Below, piece after piece: positions 63,269 through 64,000 of a stretch of DNA of 64,000 nt (its first letter is position 1; each line of letters opens with the position of its first letter). Source of the DNA: a virus. Location: positions 50,779-114,778 of the IMG/VR virus record IMGVR_UViG_3300029448_007456, one strand, 5' to 3'. Position numbers and translations under genes: made by a program. Below the pieces are notes generated by a model. The model was not told the origin of the DNA. It saw only the letters and a list, made by a program, of their open reading frames with translations, and made no database searches.

Positions 63269-63865
63269 TTATGCTGGTGCACACCATTGCTCACACTGAG
63301 TGAGATTGCGAATCACACTCCTTGCACCGCCTAGATCCACAGAAGGCACAGACTGCACACGTGAATGAGGCTCAATCAACCATGCATCAGAGTCTGGCGC
63401 CACAGCACCCACAAGGTCTTCTGTGTAGATGATGTGATCACAGGGCCACACATCCTGCTGACTCAGTTGATCATCAATGCTCAGTCTGGCCGCTTCACAG
63501 TCTGATTCAGTGAGGGTGATGTCATGCTCAAGCCATTGATCTCTGATGCTGACATCATGAGTGTTCCATCGATCTCTCACTCTGGCCACTGCCAAACTCA
63601 GTATCTGACCCACACGATCACGCCTGCGTAGATGCCAAATGTCTGGCCATGCATCACGCAGTTGATCAGGTGTTGACGAAATGTCTTTGATCAGTGTTTT
63701 CACACACACAGGTGATTCAGATGTTGATTGACCATAGTGTTCTGACCAAGGATTCCATGGTTCTGACACACAGTGATGAGATGCTCCATGCAACTGTAGA
63801 CTGTAGGTGGATGCTGTGCGTTGAGTGGCAATGATCAGCCTGTTTTTTGTGCATTTAAGCGTCAC
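63269..63865 (-). CDS. Stf0-like sulfotransferase (start uncertain)
   Basis: IIATQRTAST (PAPS-binding loop-like), EPWN, HLRRRDRVGQILSLAVA, YTEDL. Confidence 0.6.
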   Translation of the reverse strand: MTLKCTKNRLIIATQRTASTYSLQLHGASHHCVSEPWNPWSEHYGQSTSESPVCVKTLIKDISSTPDQLRDAWPDIWHLRRRDRVGQILSLAVARVRDRWNTHDVSIRDQWLEHDITLTESDCEAARLSIDDQLSQQDVWPCDHIIYTEDLVGAVAPDSDAWLIEPHSRVQSVPSVDLGGARSVIRNLTQCEQWCAPA

Positions 63866-64000
63866 TGAGACACCTTCACAATGACCACATGAGTGTTTGG
63901 CCATGCCCTCATCATTTGAACTTGTTTTTGATCCACTCTTTGGCATAATATGTGAACAGGGCCCACAGTGATATGGTGATCATCACTAAAAATGCCAACA

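Noticed and set aside
1345-63299. Numerous 60-175 aa ORFs antisense to or nested in recognised genes (e.g. 1345..1656, 8823..9251, 19328..19855, 22651..23109)
   Set aside because: Shadow frames of well-supported genes, with no RBS, promoter or motifs
1-64000. Bacterial chromosome or alternative genetic code
   Set aside because: Host-like genes are mixed with virion genes and T4-type late promoters; code 11 gives dense, full-length ORFs using all three stop codons

Overview
A 64-kb segment of a large, AT-rich, T4-superfamily-like (myovirus/'huge') phage genome. The host is most likely an alphaproteobacterium: the window has a two-piece tmRNA of the alpha type, a GcrA C-terminal-like protein, a DUF3553-like protein, a zf-CHCC protein and a ROSE-like leader. 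Bases ~1-42,300 are mostly minus-strand middle/late genes. They include clpP, clpX, clpS, hsp20, rpsU (bS21), tmRNA, nrdAB, nucleases, a cell-wall hydrolase, a curli (csgF/csgG/curlin)-FecR-CHASE2 cyclase locus, virion-type proteins and scattered radical SAM/glycan-modifying genes. Most start 5-7 nt after a TAAATA late-promoter box, so they are probably leaderless. Bases ~42,400-61,700 are a plus-strand early region of small ORFs behind many TTGACA-N16-TAnnnT promoters, some holding a palindromic operator. The best candidate for an undescribed system is RNA-based. An identical 26-nt hairpin sits in the 3' UTR just before the terminator of two early operons (44603-44628, 59758-59783). Its loop (CGACCTCC) is the exact reverse complement of an extended Shine-Dalgarno, GGAGGTCG, found at six early-gene starts, suggesting a phage-internal anti-SD sRNA regulon. 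Also found: a ~218-nt promoter-driven structured ncRNA, a second RBS-antisense hairpin RNA and an unannotated metallothionein-like ORF. No CRISPR array, tRNA, intron or transposase was recognised. All protein calls are motif recognition by eye; no database search was run.
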